Below, piece by piece: positions 23,925 through 36,813 of a stretch of DNA of 64,000 bases (its first letter is position 1; every line of letters starts with the position of its first letter). A program made the position numbers and the translations under genes. The notes beneath the pieces were generated by a model. The model saw only the letters and a program-made list of their open reading frames with translations, was not told the DNA's origin and searched no databases. The DNA comes from Bispira polyomma (lineage: Eukaryota), in NCBI GenBank assembly GCA_965649765.1, contig OZ287749.1:310001-374000 (forward strand), in the 5' to 3' direction.

Positions 23925-25490
23925 CTTTAAAATAAAAATAGGGTGTTACAATATATATACAATATATGTATCTAAAATTGATCACTGTATCTGAAATAAG
24001 CGCAAAAATATAATTGGAATTTAGATAAGTAAGGTAAGTAAGGCAAAATAGTCACAAAAATCTCAATTTCGGCAAATATTACCCTAAATCTACGTTTTTT
24101 AAGTGGTAAATTTCAGATTCCTTACTCTAAGAGTTTTTGGAAAAAGAAATTTGAAAAGTTTATCTATATTTGGTGGTTTGAATAGTGAGCAATCGGCTTT
24201 AATTTTTAAACCAGTCACAGGTATTGGATAGTTATTGGGTACTTATGATGTTACAGTGCTATTGTAAATACTTGCTAGTCTTTATGTGGAAGTGCAATCT
24301 AGTCTATACTATAACTGAGAGATCTCTGACAAACTCTTGGTTACTGGTGTCAACAAGCAAATCTCTGAAAAGGCTGGGAGTTTTAGTTTGGTACATTTAC
24401 GAAGATTAGGAAAACCGATTGTCGTAATGATACCTACAGTACTTTTTAAGGTTTTTGTGGGTTTCAAAATAATCTCTGTGTCTACCAGCTAATCATGTAT
24501 TACTTCAAATGAAAAAATATTTGGGCAAAATAGGGTCTGCAGTTTGAAGAGCAATCATAAATAGTTTGGGGCTAAACCAAAGTTTAATTATGGAGATATG
24601 GGCTATTTCAAATCGGGTACATTGGTCTTTCTACACATTTTTCACTCCAATTTTTGGATTGGCTCTAAAAATGATATATTGAGGTATTAATTAACTTTCG
24701 AGATTTTATATTATATTGCACTTAGCCTAAGACCTTTTGTGAATAGCACCCAGTGGTGGTGAAGGAATGGCTATTCGGGGAGGCAGGAGGCCATTTTACA
24801 AAATAAAATCAATAGAATATGTGAAAAGAATTCAAGATGCATAGATACTGTGTGTTAAAAATTAAAGCATAATAGTGGTTCTGACATAAGTTTGGAGAGT
24901 CAAAAATTACTACTTTGTGATAAATGTCAATGAAATAGTAAGTATACTTATTGTTCCAAGTTTTTTTATATTTGGTTAGAGTGTATCTAGTCAAGCTCTC
25001 AAGGTGAGTAAAGTTGTATTTAAATCTTGTATTGTAGTGGGTCAAGTACCAGTCAATATTTTTATAATAAATAAATCATCAGTTTCGAGGCATAGATTTA
25101 AGCTGCATGCTGGTAGTGTAAATAATTTATATCTTTTGTATGTGTTGTACATGTATATCAATTTGTTTATATATTCATTTATATGTGTAAATTAATCATG
25201 TTTAAATTTATTCAACATAGATTTTCGGCAAAGCCTCTTGAAAGAAATTCAGTTACCACACTTGTGAGAAAACTGTTGTGACTAGCTTCTTTAAATTTGC
25301 TGAATATATTCATTGTTATGAAAGGTTGCCCATAACTTAATATGGCCTCATGAAAAAGAAGACATGGCCATCTGACTAATTCTATGAAAATAATCCCACA
25401 GTATACATTGACAAAATATGGCTATTTTGTGATAATCTACAAAATTGCAAAGTTTAAGAATTAAAACCCCTTGACTTCCAAAATTTTTCT

Positions 25491-26863
25491 TTAAGGGAGG
25501 AGGAGTTACATATAAGGACATTGTGGTATCTTAAAGCACTCTGCTAGAGTGATCTATTTATAGATTTGGGGAAACCCCTAAGCTTCTAGAAGGTATTTCT
25601 ATTTTGTTTCTGTTGTGTGTTCATATGTATATCTCATCTCTGGAATGTTCTAGCGATTGCTTAGATATTCTAGAGCCTTCTCTAGCAGTTGTATATATAT
25701 ATAAGGGTTGACAGCCTGGCCACAGACCAGAGTTAAGTGATTTGGTGTGCTACATGGACTGCTATACTGTACTGCTATACTGTGAAACATTTTATTTCTT
25801 TTCCTGTGGATATAAACTGATTACTACATATGTTTTTGTGGTGAACTCATTGGAGTGAACTGGATATAAAGTTGTGGATCTACCAGAGATTGGATTTGCT
25901 GCATATTGGATATTGTTTGCATCCTGGACTGGATAGCTTAGTTGTGCAGACTCTCTGGATATATACATTGTGTGTTCGTGGACACTGAACGGATAACAGG
26001 ATACAGGCATTGTGTGGACATTGAGCGGATCTCAAGACAGATTGCTGGATACAGTGGACAAACTTGTTTAATTGTAATTTAAGTGTACAGGACTGTGGTC
26101 AGGTCAGATTGATTTCATTATTGTATTATTGTGTGAACTATTAAGGGTATCTCAGTTGACTGTAATTCTGTAATGGTTATTTTATTTATTAAATAAATTT
26201 GTTAAGTGAAACTTTTTGTCTTTTCCTGTTACAACCTCAAAGCAACTGGTAATTGCTACCGCGCTTGCTCCCGTGACCGTAACAGAGGCCACCTGGCCCT
26301 CTTTGGTTGAACTCTTGAAGGTGTTGGCCAAAATCCTCTTTAGGAAAGCCTATGTCTGGACTAGAAAATAAAAGAAATGCCTTAACTCACAAATGTGACC
26401 TTTCCTTTTATTTGCACATTGGTAGTAAAAAGAACCATAAATGTGTGCACACAAACTTACTGTAGAAGCTCACCATAGACTGCTATATGTCACAGCTGGC
26501 ACCCAATTACACACCTATGTATGTACATAAATTCTGTTTATTTAAAAAAAAAGACAATTGATCAAATTTGGGATTACATACCATTGTCTTACAAGACAGC
26601 AATAGCCCCTCTGACGATTCTTCTGTGTCTTCCTCAAGGATGACTTTGCCAAGGCACGGCCCAGCCGTGCTCTGCTGCCTAGTTGATCATTAGACCTTCC
26701 TAGTTGCCATAGTAACCCCCTGTAGGCCTCGTATAGGTCATTTTGTGTTGTGAATGCCTCATCACACGGCACCAGCCTTTCGAAAAAAAGATCTATGAAA
26801 GGGCATGGGCAGGCCCAGGTCTTTGGAAAGAGTGGTTCCTCTTGTCGACTCTGGTCTTGGCAT
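25491..26863 (-). pseudogene. Two-exon winged-helix (D5/RFX-like) gene, paralogue of the 29420 gene, LTR-interrupted
   Basis: Exon 26863-26582: MPRPESTRGTTL..(1-nt shift)..PFIDLFFERLVPCDEAFTTQNDLYEAY...LGRAL...RGY; phase-2 intron; exon from 26360 PDIGFPK...GGL[LTR]LP*. Confidence 0.55.
25504..26284 (+). mobile_element. Solo LTR (Gypsy-type)
   Basis: Ends (A)GTTAC...GTAACA, 4-bp TSD GAGG, internal TATATATAAG at ~25695 and AATAAA at ~26192. Confidence 0.75.
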
Positions 26864-29022
26864 CTATGAAAAAAACACAGAAGAAGAAAAGAATCAGCCA
26901 GTGTAAATCTACTGAGAGGACTGTATTAAAACAGCATAGCCATCATATACATGATATAGCCCTTATAAAATATCAGATTATCTACTGAATTTGTATGCAG
27001 TTTTATGTCTAAATGTATGTTATAGCCATGCATGGCAGCTACATCTCCCACCTATTTACCCAAAAAATGATTAGAATAAAAATTTAACACCATTCTAGGC
27101 CAAGGATGAATTGTATCCTGCTGGTGGACAGAGCTAAGCCACAATGCACCCATACAATACTCCTGATTACATATAATCAGCTGGGCAGTGCTGTCCCTTT
27201 TTATCCTGGTAATTTTGGTCATTGGCTTAAAAAGTACAATATACTCTGAAAATATAACACTCCCCTCATCAGAATAATAAAAGATAGAAACTCATTTCAG
27301 ATCCTTTGCATTTACATTTCTGTTTTTAGAATATAGTACCATCTAAGCATCACCATGTTCAAAACATTCAGCTAATAGAATTTCTACTATATGTATTACT
27401 GTATTGTTTTTTACCTTTTCCAATATTCACTCTTTGTACTGGTATCTTTCTTGTTTTCAAATAAATCGGTACAGCAATAGAAAATTATAACAGAATAAAA
27501 AATAATGTGTGAGTACTGCTGAGTTAAACACAAATGCATATTGAACTGGACTGCCACAGGCACTTATATACACAGTTCCAGAGGGAAAATGTCAGAGATT
27601 TCTTTGTTTGACATTTTGACACCATAGTGTGGTGATGAAAAGAAAAGCCTTTGCTTTGCCTATTTACCTTTACTCTGAGACATTCTGTCCCGTGAGATTA
27701 GGAAGCCATGTTTTTGCTTATTCACATGGAGGCTTCTTTGGTGATAAATCTGAGGGGGCTATCACTCACACACATAACCTGCAAAAGACATACAAAATAG
27801 GCAGTATTTACAAAGTAACATGCAATAAGTATATCAATATTTTGTCACAGACACCAAATACAGACACACCTCTTCATGAAGATGCTAACCAAATCACACA
27901 TAAATCACCTAAAAGGGAATTCAGTGGAGTCACTTATTACTGTCACATATTTATCAGTGAGTCACTTTTAGCCCTACCACTCACTATACTACAACAGGTT
28001 ATACCATACACTATCTAACTGACAATGTGGCCCTGTCACTTAAGCACTGGATATTTTAGAAAAAGTGCTAACCCCTTCACTGCTGTTAAAACAGACTACT
28101 GTACAAGGTACTTACCACTACACTGTTGTGTAAGCAGTCAGCACACATGAAAAGTACAATCATTGTATATTGTAAGAAATAAATTTAAATAATAAAATAA
28201 ACCAAGAAAACATCTTTGGGTTGGTGGTGACTTTTTTTGGTTGGGACTTTACTGGTGGGGACTTCGCCCAGTGGAGACTTCACCACAGTACACATAAATC
28301 ATCTAAAAGGGAACTCAGTGGAGTGCATACATCCTCAATATCAGCAAGTTAACTAAAGGGTACCCAGTAGAGTGCATAACTCCACAATATACTATATTTT
28401 TTGATACAACATTGACTAGTTATTATTTCATTTTACTCAATTGATTTCTCAGAAACATCACATAAAAAACAAGTCCCTTTTACTTCCTCTCCAAGCTTCC
28501 AACCCCTCCTCCCTTTTCAAGCTTTGTGCTGTCACATCTAGATAGTCATTAATTGTTGTTTTTTAAATGTAGGAATAGCTCAAAGTTTAATTAGCTAGAG
28601 ATAAAAAAAGTAACATATCTATCACCAGCCCCCAAGCCCCCCCTCACACACACACAATTACCACCACTACAACACAGACTCATTCAAATCAACCTCAGTC
28701 AGCTTTAGACAATCTCCTATACAATCTCATTGTTTTGTACAGTTCAAACAAGTGTCAACTGAGGAAAGCCTCTGGTTTGATTAGGAGTTAGCTAATAATC
28801 CCCTTCACTCAGGAGAGGATCCTAGTCCCTACCCTCTCCTCTCTTCCACTTTCAAGCTTTGTGCTGTCACACCTACAGTCATTATTAGTTTGTTTTTGTT
28901 TTTTTGTCAAAAATTGGAATAGTTTAAGGATTGATTGATTAGCTAGAGATAAACAAATAACTAACATACCTATCCCATCTATAATGTGTCCAGAGCTACT
29001 GTGACAGTTACATGTCTCTGAA

Positions 29023-29058
29023 TTATATAAAAAGAGACTCCCACATGCAATTATCATT
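29023..29058 (+). promoter_or_regulatory. TATA + Inr upstream of wHTH-SET gene
   Basis: TATATAAAAAG at 29024, TCATT at 29054, donor AAG|GTGAGT at 29172 (non-coding first exon). Confidence 0.4.
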
Positions 29059-29419
29059 AACTTCACACACACAGTTGTAATCATAAGTTTTCTTTTTTGG
29101 GTTTTTAAAATAAATTTCACAACTGAAAAAGCTGTTAAAATAACTTGCTAGCTAATTCAATGTTGAATAAGGTGAGTTCTCACCTTAGTTTAATTTTACC
29201 ATTGCAGTATTAGTAGAACTAAAGGCGCTGTCTTGAATTAATTAAAGCTAACATTTTATTCACTGCCTCACACTGTAGAGCTTTAGAGGAAATAACTTTA
29301 AAACTTTGCTGAATGCAAGATATGTATTGTAAACAGGTATTTTTTTCACAGACGATTTCTCTGAAGAACTAAGGCTGAGTACATTTTAAAACTATATTTC
29401 TGTTGATTATCTTTTCAGA

Positions 29420-31060
29420 ATGCCTCGTTCATGGGAAAGTAGAGGCACACTGCTTCATGTGAAAGACCAACAATCAACCATCCCCTTCTTTGAGGATTTT
29501 GCCTCTGGCCTCACGGAAGAGGGATTTTCACCTACCAAAGAGCTCCATGCAGAATATCTAATCTTCCTTCTGACCAAGGACAGCACATCAACTTTGGAGA
29601 AGCCATCCATGAATAGATTCGCGCGGTTTATGGCAAGGAAGTATCCCCGGCTCAAGACCCAAGTTAAATTTCCCGTTAAGTTGATCCGTGGATACAAGGT
29701 GAAAGTGAACAAGCAGTAAGTGTTTCATGGAATGGTCCTAAAAATATGTTTACATCTCATCATTCGTAATAATATATTGTACCAATGTAATGATTTACAT
29801 GAAAAAGTACCACAGGCCTTACAGATAGTTTAAATGAGTAAATTGGAAATTTTGAAATGCATTGCCCTGTAAACGAATGTAAACATAGTATATACTGAAT
29901 TGTTGTATTTTCAATCTACCTATAATTAAACTGAGACATTTGATCGAGTATATAACCACTCAATTTTTATTTTTGTTATATTTTTATAGGCCAAGACAGC
30001 CAGCTATCCCCTACCCCACAAATGCAGAGCAACTGCAATACCTTGAGCAGCCACCACCAATCCAATCTCTCAGCATCAAACGAACTTTTGTGAATAAAGA
30101 GATGAAGTTTGGTGCTGTAGCCAAACAAGCAATAAGAAAGTATGTACATTGCACATTGATAACTTTCTTATTATTCAGAATCCGCACGAAGTAAAGTGCT
30201 GGTTTGACCTTAACACAAAAAATTGGCTTACACTATAACAGTAAAACTGATAGAACATCTCACAAATTCACCAGCAAAAACTCAACAAAGTTTGAAGAAT
30301 AGAAAATAGTTCGGTCAGTTTTTATTTCACCAGACCTTACTGAGTAAATCATGAAAGCATTTCATTAATGCATACCTTATAATATATGCATATACCTTGG
30401 CAAAGTGGCTATAATACCCCACATCTAGACATTCCAAGTAATATATTAGCAGTTACTTGCCATTGCCTTTAAAGCTCCAGTGTAGAGTATCAACCTGGTA
30501 CTAATAACTACTACAATTGCTCGAGTAATTTTTCAATGTGATATTACATGCAATAGATGTTGAAAGCTGAATTAAACCTATAGGAGGGTAGTAGATATGA
30601 ATTTGTCAATCCTTAATACATCTATCAATGCCTCTTTAAATTATACTCGTATTAACTGTAACTTCACGTTTTTCACAAAATGGTTATTTCTCTTTCAGAT
30701 AGTATAGTGTGTCCCTACTTTGGAACAATCGTCGATGAACAGACTGCAGATATGAGAGACAAGGTACACGCAAAACAAGGGTACCCGGCAGCAATCTATA
30801 AATTATCACGTGACAAATTTATAGATCCATATGTCTATGACGGACAGCTATTGACAACAGAGAATAATCCGGGTACCTGGTTAAACCACTCGATCTATGG
30901 AAGAAATGTATAATCATCAAAAGTTCAAAACGACGGTGTAGTAGTTGGACTAGTAATGATCAGCCTGAACGATATTTCAGAGGGGGAACAGCTGTTTCAC
31001 GACTACGGTCCCCAGGGGAATGATGTCCCGGAATTTTTACGAAGACATAGGAAATATTGA
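29420..31060 (+). pseudogene. Winged-helix + SET-domain methyltransferase gene (3 coding exons, one premature stop)
   Basis: Exons 29420-29715, 29990-30139, ~30700-31060; SET motifs KFGAVAKQAI, CPYFG, WLNHS, DISEGEQLFHDYG; TAA at 30911; exon 2-3 junction phase uncertain. Confidence 0.78.
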
Positions 31061-32574
31061 AAAAGGGACTAGTAATTAGCTGATTTAATTTAAAATAAAC
31101 TTTATTTTTATGGCATATGTCCTTACCCATTTGATGTATTTTCTTTTAATATGGCACTAGATAAGGCACCAAGCTCGCCCTAGTTTAGCTAGATTATTTT
31201 ATATTATACGTAGTTGCTTAGCTAGATCATTTTTATGTATATGTAGTTTTAGTTTAGTTTTTAGTCAGTAGTTTAGTGGTAGTTTAGGAGCAGATTTTAT
31301 TATAAACATTTATACTCTTAATTAAAACACTTAAGTCAATGTAAACCTGGAAAGTATGGTAACCTTAAAGTCAAGTTAAGGTACCCTTAAGGTGAGCAAA
31401 GGCTAAGAAGTTTATGTACTAGTCAGTTGCTAGTGTACTATTGTACTGTATGAAGATGTAATTGTTTTAATAAAAAAGCCCAAGCGATGTTTTATAACAT
31501 TTGGTCTTATTTCTCTTATTTCCTGGTGAACAATCTTCAACAGTAGCTAGGAAACTGACATATAAAGCCATCTAATATATATAGAGGCCAGATCTAAATT
31601 CTAGTAGAGAATAAAATGGGGCTGACCCAAGCCCAAAAATTTGCCCCACAATTAAGTTGAACTTACTAATTTAACTATTAATTGATGGTAGTAAGCAGAA
31701 AAATGTTCTGGACATGGTGAGAACCAATTAATAAAGGGAAAAGATGTAGATGTAGACATGTTACAGTCTGCCTCGTCAAGCACATAATACAATTCAGTAA
31801 AAAGTCTGTCTGACTGTCTTTGTTTGCATTGAGCCAGATTACTTTTAAACAATTCCTCACATATGACTCCACTGCATCTGTATAACTAATGGTCTATTAT
31901 TTGAAATGCTCTTGATCTCACTTAAACAAATTCATGAAAGGGAAAAGGTGTACAGTCTGACTTATCAAGCACACAGTATACAATTCAACAAAAAGGCTAT
32001 GTCTGACTGTCTGTATTGTTTGATCAATTGAAATTCTCTTAGAACTGAGTAATTAAGTCCTTGTCTTGAACAAATTGATAAAGAGGAAAGGTATAGAGGA
32101 TTAAATACTAAAGTCTCCCTTATCAAGTATAATACAAATCATTATACAAAAGGGTAAAGTCTTTGTCTTGAGCCACAATACTGTGAAACAATAAAGTTAA
32201 TAAACAGGTACACATCCAAAACTAGCAGGGGCAGTGGGTGGTTGATCAGCCACATAATAGAGACTAATTGATAGGTTTTCATTGTCTATGCCCCCCCCCC
32301 CCCCCAATTCAGCATATATAAACCAGAGTAGAGTAAGTAAGTAAGTACAATTCAAGACTAGTTTTTAACTACACATGTGCTTCTCTAAAATTTAAGTGAT
32401 AAGATTATCAGACAAGATGGAGCTTACATTCTAATATTAGAAGCATATCTCATTGAAGTGTGAAGGAACCGAATGCCCAGCACAGTGAAAAAAATTACTT
32501 GCACCCTACGAATAACTTTGGATGTTTAACACTGTCCTAGGACAGGTACAGTAAAGGTATGTGCCAGATCATCA

Positions 32575-33200
32575 TAAAATTATTAGAGTTTTGTAGTAAT
32601 GTAGTATAATATATAAAAACATATGTATCAAGCTGATTAAGCATATAACCAGTATAACTTCTATTATTAGAGCATGTGGGAAACTTTTTTTGTGGGTGCA
32701 TGTCATTATGTTTATACAGTTCAAGTCCTATATTTAGTTAGTTTTAAATTTGTAATTGTGCCATATTGAGTGAACTTCAGTGAACTCAGATCCTTATTCA
32801 GGAGTTTAAGGGATATTTAATAAATGTTCACACAAGTGAAGTAATTTCTACTCGTGATACATCTGTGTGGTTAAGTAGGTGAAGTACAAATGCTAGTACC
32901 ACAATGTAGTATAAAAAATAAAAACATATATATCAAGCTGATTAAGCATATAACCGGTCTAACTTCCATTATTAGAGCAAGTGGGATACTTATTTTGTGG
33001 GTGCATGTCACTATGTTTATACAGTTAAGTCTTATAGTCAGTTAGTTTTAAAATTTGTAATTGTGCCATATCGAGTGAACTTCAGTGAACTCAGATCCTT
33101 ATGCAGGAGTTAAGGGGATATTTAATAAATGTCCACACAAGTGAAGTAATTTCTACTCGTGATACATCTGTGTGGTTAAGTAGGTGAAGTACAAAGGCTA
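32575..33200. repeat. Direct tandem duplication, ~310-bp units
   Basis: aaaacatat.tatcaagctgattaagcatataacc...gtgtggttaagtaggtgaagtacaaa present twice. Confidence 0.85.
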
Positions 33201-34044
33201 AAATAGGATGTGCAACTTATAAAGATCGGACATGGCAAACACTTAGATTACCCATTACACTTACTCGTGCTCTTTAGGACAGACATGGCATAAATGTCCC
33301 AATGATTTTCTTTAACTCTGCTCTGTCTCAGCTACTTCTCAGCTTCACCTGAGGATCATTTCATTACTTTCAGCTCATTTGTCTGTATGTGTATTCGGTC
33401 TTCCCTTTTTTCTTATTTACCATCACTCCATTGTGGCAACCAACACTACAAAGACAAGTAAGAACTGCACTGTACTATCTTATTGATACATTGACTTCAT
33501 AGGCTAAACTTTAGACAAAATTAGCCCATTAATATGTAACTACTATTCAGCTAAACAGTCTCAAATACAACCATTCTGTCTATCAGGTATCAATGCTATA
33601 TAAGTGTGAAGTCAACCTATAAATGCTTGTATCAACATAATAGTACAGGGAGTATTAGGATGTTGGTATTAATTACATTATTCATTTGGGCAGATTATAA
33701 TTATATGAAGCATGTAATTAGTCAGCCACATAATAAACACTAATTGATTGGTGTTCATTGTTCATACATCCCCATTTAGTATGTATAAACCAGTAAAGAC
33801 CAAGTAAATCCAATTTCAACAAGGACCCAATCAGAACATGTGTATTATCCATAATGATAAAGTCCATATAACATCATGATGTACCCATGTTTAATTCTAA
33901 AGATGGCACTTGTAAGGAAGAAGCAAACCAATTGGGAAACAATTAGTAAAATATCGAATATAGTTTGGGCAATTTATTTTCTACTTAAACATAACATCAA
34001 TTGTATTAGTTTGATATACACTGTTACTAGTTTATTATATACTA

Positions 34045-34249
34045 CAGTTGAACCCCATTAAGTAGAACTCTGATAAGTGGAATTATCTGTCAAGTAGAAG
34101 TTATTTAAAAGTCCCATATTTCCTGTTAAGTAGAAGTTATTTGAAAGTCCTATATTCTGAAATAAAATTTACCCTGTTATGTTCAAATTTCTGTAAAGTA
34201 GAACATCATTTTAGTGGTCCAATCAGATCAAATAAAAAGGGTTCCACTG
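34045..34249. mobile_element. Tc1/pogo-type MITE
   Basis: TA|CAGTTGAACCC ... GGGTTCCACTG|TA. Confidence 0.7.
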
Positions 34250-34775
34250 TAGTTAGTTATAATTATAGACACATACTAAAACTTTTAGTAGAGAATAAAA
34301 AGGGGCTGACCCCCAACAATGATAAAATATATAAAACATTAAGGGCAGGGTGGGCGGGAAATATTTTGTACATCAGTTTGGTATCTTTATTTAAGCTGTT
34401 TTCAATATGAAATAAAAGGGGGTTATATAGAGACCAAGCGTCTGGTGGCCTCCCACCTATGAAAGTGTGAGTTGGTTCTAGTTAAATTTTTGTTGAACTT
34501 TTTAAAAAAAGGCTTTGATACATAATGACCAAATGTGGCCACCCTGCCCGAGTAGTTCTTGTAGAGCTGATATCATTTATATCCAAGGTTCTAGTACATT
34601 ATGACAGGATACCTAACTTTTCAATTTGAAAGACAATGTGGAGTGTACATACTACTGAAAATTGGAAGCAGATATCAGCAGACATATAGGATAATTTAAT
34701 CTATATAATATAGGACAGTAAAGGTATGTGCCACATCATCATTAAGTTATTACATGTTTGGAGGAGAAGCAAGTA

Positions 34776-34882
34776 CAGTAGGACTTCTATTATACAACCC
34801 TCTATTATCCGAATATTCAATTTTACAATCTAAATTTCACTATTCTAAACTTTATTTTTTGCTGAAAATAGAGGTGCTACTG
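34776..34882. mobile_element. Tc1/pogo-type MITE (related to the 13318 copy)
   Basis: TA|CAGTAGGACTTCTATT ... AATAGAGGTGCTACTG|TA. Confidence 0.7.
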
Positions 34883-35590
34883 TAGTGTTTTTTTATAAAG
34901 TAGTAGTACCACACAGTAGTATTTAAAGTATTTAAAGTTATTTAAACTTTAACAAAATACTGTGCACTAATTCCCATGTAAAGAAACACACATGTTACAG
35001 TTATGTGAAAATTATCAATATTGTAGACCTCATGCAATTTTTCTTAACTCTTTCAACACAAACTCAGTTGCGCTTAAACCGGCTTATATAATCCTAGGTA
35101 TAACCAAAAAAGATAGTGTTTCTTTCACATTACTACAGCAAGCAGTTAGGTAAAGTTTAGGCTTCTATACACATTGAAACGCAGTAGATAATTACAATAT
35201 ACTAGTGAAGAACAAAGTACTAAAGCCAGGTCTACTTGCATTCTCAAAAGGCCAAGCTAAGCCTTTAGTGTTGCTCATGAGATGGAGAACAAAATCATTC
35301 TGTCACAGGAAAGTGTGGATTTTTTCTAAAAATAACTAATTTGGTCCTTTACCAATACCTAGCCTAACCATCTAGAAACCCCCCAGACTTATCCGTTTTC
35401 AAATACAACCACTCACAATGAGCCACCAACACATTTTGGCTTAACCTTAGGATTAGCCAAAACACAGGTTCAACAGCAATCAATTTGTTTTAAATGAACT
35501 TCAAAGTGTTTAGACCATCTAAAACCCCCCCCCCCCAGACTTGTCTGTTTTCAAATACAACCACTCACAATGAGCCACCAACACTGTCGA

Positions 35591-35905
35591 TGTTTGTAGG
35601 CAGCACCAGCTTCTGCACAGGGTGTTTGTTAGGTACCTCGTAAATAATGGTGGGAGACTTCCTGACCAATATGGTGGCTTGCTGTGATTTCATACTTGGA
35701 CCCATTTCCTGCCTTTTCAGATGCCTTAGCTGGTGTATGCTGCACTTTTTCTGTGGGTATGGATGCTGCTTCCACCGCAGTCTGAAGCATGTCCTCACAG
35801 TTCTCGCTGAGGAGTTCCTGTAACGCAGGGTCCAATTGGAAGCCAGGGCTGCAAAGACTCATTGGCGACCTGTTCGTCTTACTCCGATCTGGTACACAAA
35901 TAACT
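35591..35905 (-). repeat. Inverted copy of 38804-39117 (Gypsy 3' accessory region)
   Basis: Reverse complement match, seen also as paired ORFs MSSQFSLRSSCNAGS.WKP at 35789(+) and 38920(-). Confidence 0.92.
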
Positions 35906-35911
35906 GATAAG

Positions 35912-36797
35912 ATGGCGGGTGGCTTTGAGACTTTGACGCTCGGGACTGCACCGATAAAGGTCTACAGACATATAGGGACCATTGCTTCTAAGCTCAGGAC
36001 TGTGATGGATGGGGGTGGTAACATACCTCCAGAGGATATCGGGTCTTATTTGCTCACCTCGGTGGTGCAACTGTTGGGTGCAGACCTGGTATTCGAAAAC
36101 ACCGTGGCAGAGACAGACGCAGCAGTTATATCTGACGAAGCCACGACTATGCAGGCGCTGCAGATTGAGTTTGGAGTAGCCTGCCACATTCTGAAACCAA
36201 TCACCAAGGAGAACAAAGACTACGTAAAGAAGAGATGGGAGACAGTGACAGGTATCTTGCGTGAGAGAGGATTGGGACTTCCTTCTATAGAGGCAGTGGT
36301 ATCAGAAAAAATTAGCTTCCTTGCCCAATGTCCTGTGATCTCTCTCCACCTAAAACCACGGGGTGTTTTGACATCGGCAAAGAGAATGAGGAAGGATGCT
36401 GTTAGGGAAGAGCTTTGCAACCAGGTGTTGCTGGTGGCTTCGCTCAATGGTATGGTATCTATTCAGAAAATGATGGATTTGATCACTGTAGGGACAAATC
36501 TGGCTCTCACCATTCCGGAGGTTGTCGCAGATGCATTAAAATTCAAGAATGCATACATGACTGCAAAGGAACGTTGCGGTGATGACTGGGAATTTGCGCG
36601 CATCTTGCACCCTGAGACGTTAAAAGAGTTAAGAGTCCGCACGCTACCCTGACCTTTATTACGCGGCAAGTCAGTCAGCGATAACTCAAGATGGTTTCAA
36701 GTCCACTCAATTCCTGATTTCCAGCCGCAAGACAAAGGCACCCCTGGACACCTTGAAAAAAAGTCAGCAATGTCTGCCACTGGTGGTGATGAGGTAA
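35912..36797 (+). pseudogene. Endogenous viral element: negative-strand RNA virus (Mononegavirales/Jingchuvirales-like) nucleoprotein
   Basis: Intronless, higher GC; KPITKENKDYVKKRW, NQVLLVASLNGM, EFARILHP..L, and after a frameshift at ~36640 YPDLYYAA, resembling the conserved F/YPxL..AA core of mononegaviral N. Confidence 0.65.
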
Positions 36798-36813
36798 CTG
36801 CTGATCTTGGGAT

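Noticed and set aside
23925-25490. Continuation of the DUF6729 gene or LINE 5' end
   Set aside because: No TSD and no recognisable coding motifs found
35789-35911. N-terminal 41 aa of ORF 35789 as part of the viral protein
   Set aside because: It is antisense Gypsy-derived sequence; the viral-like part begins at ATG 35912
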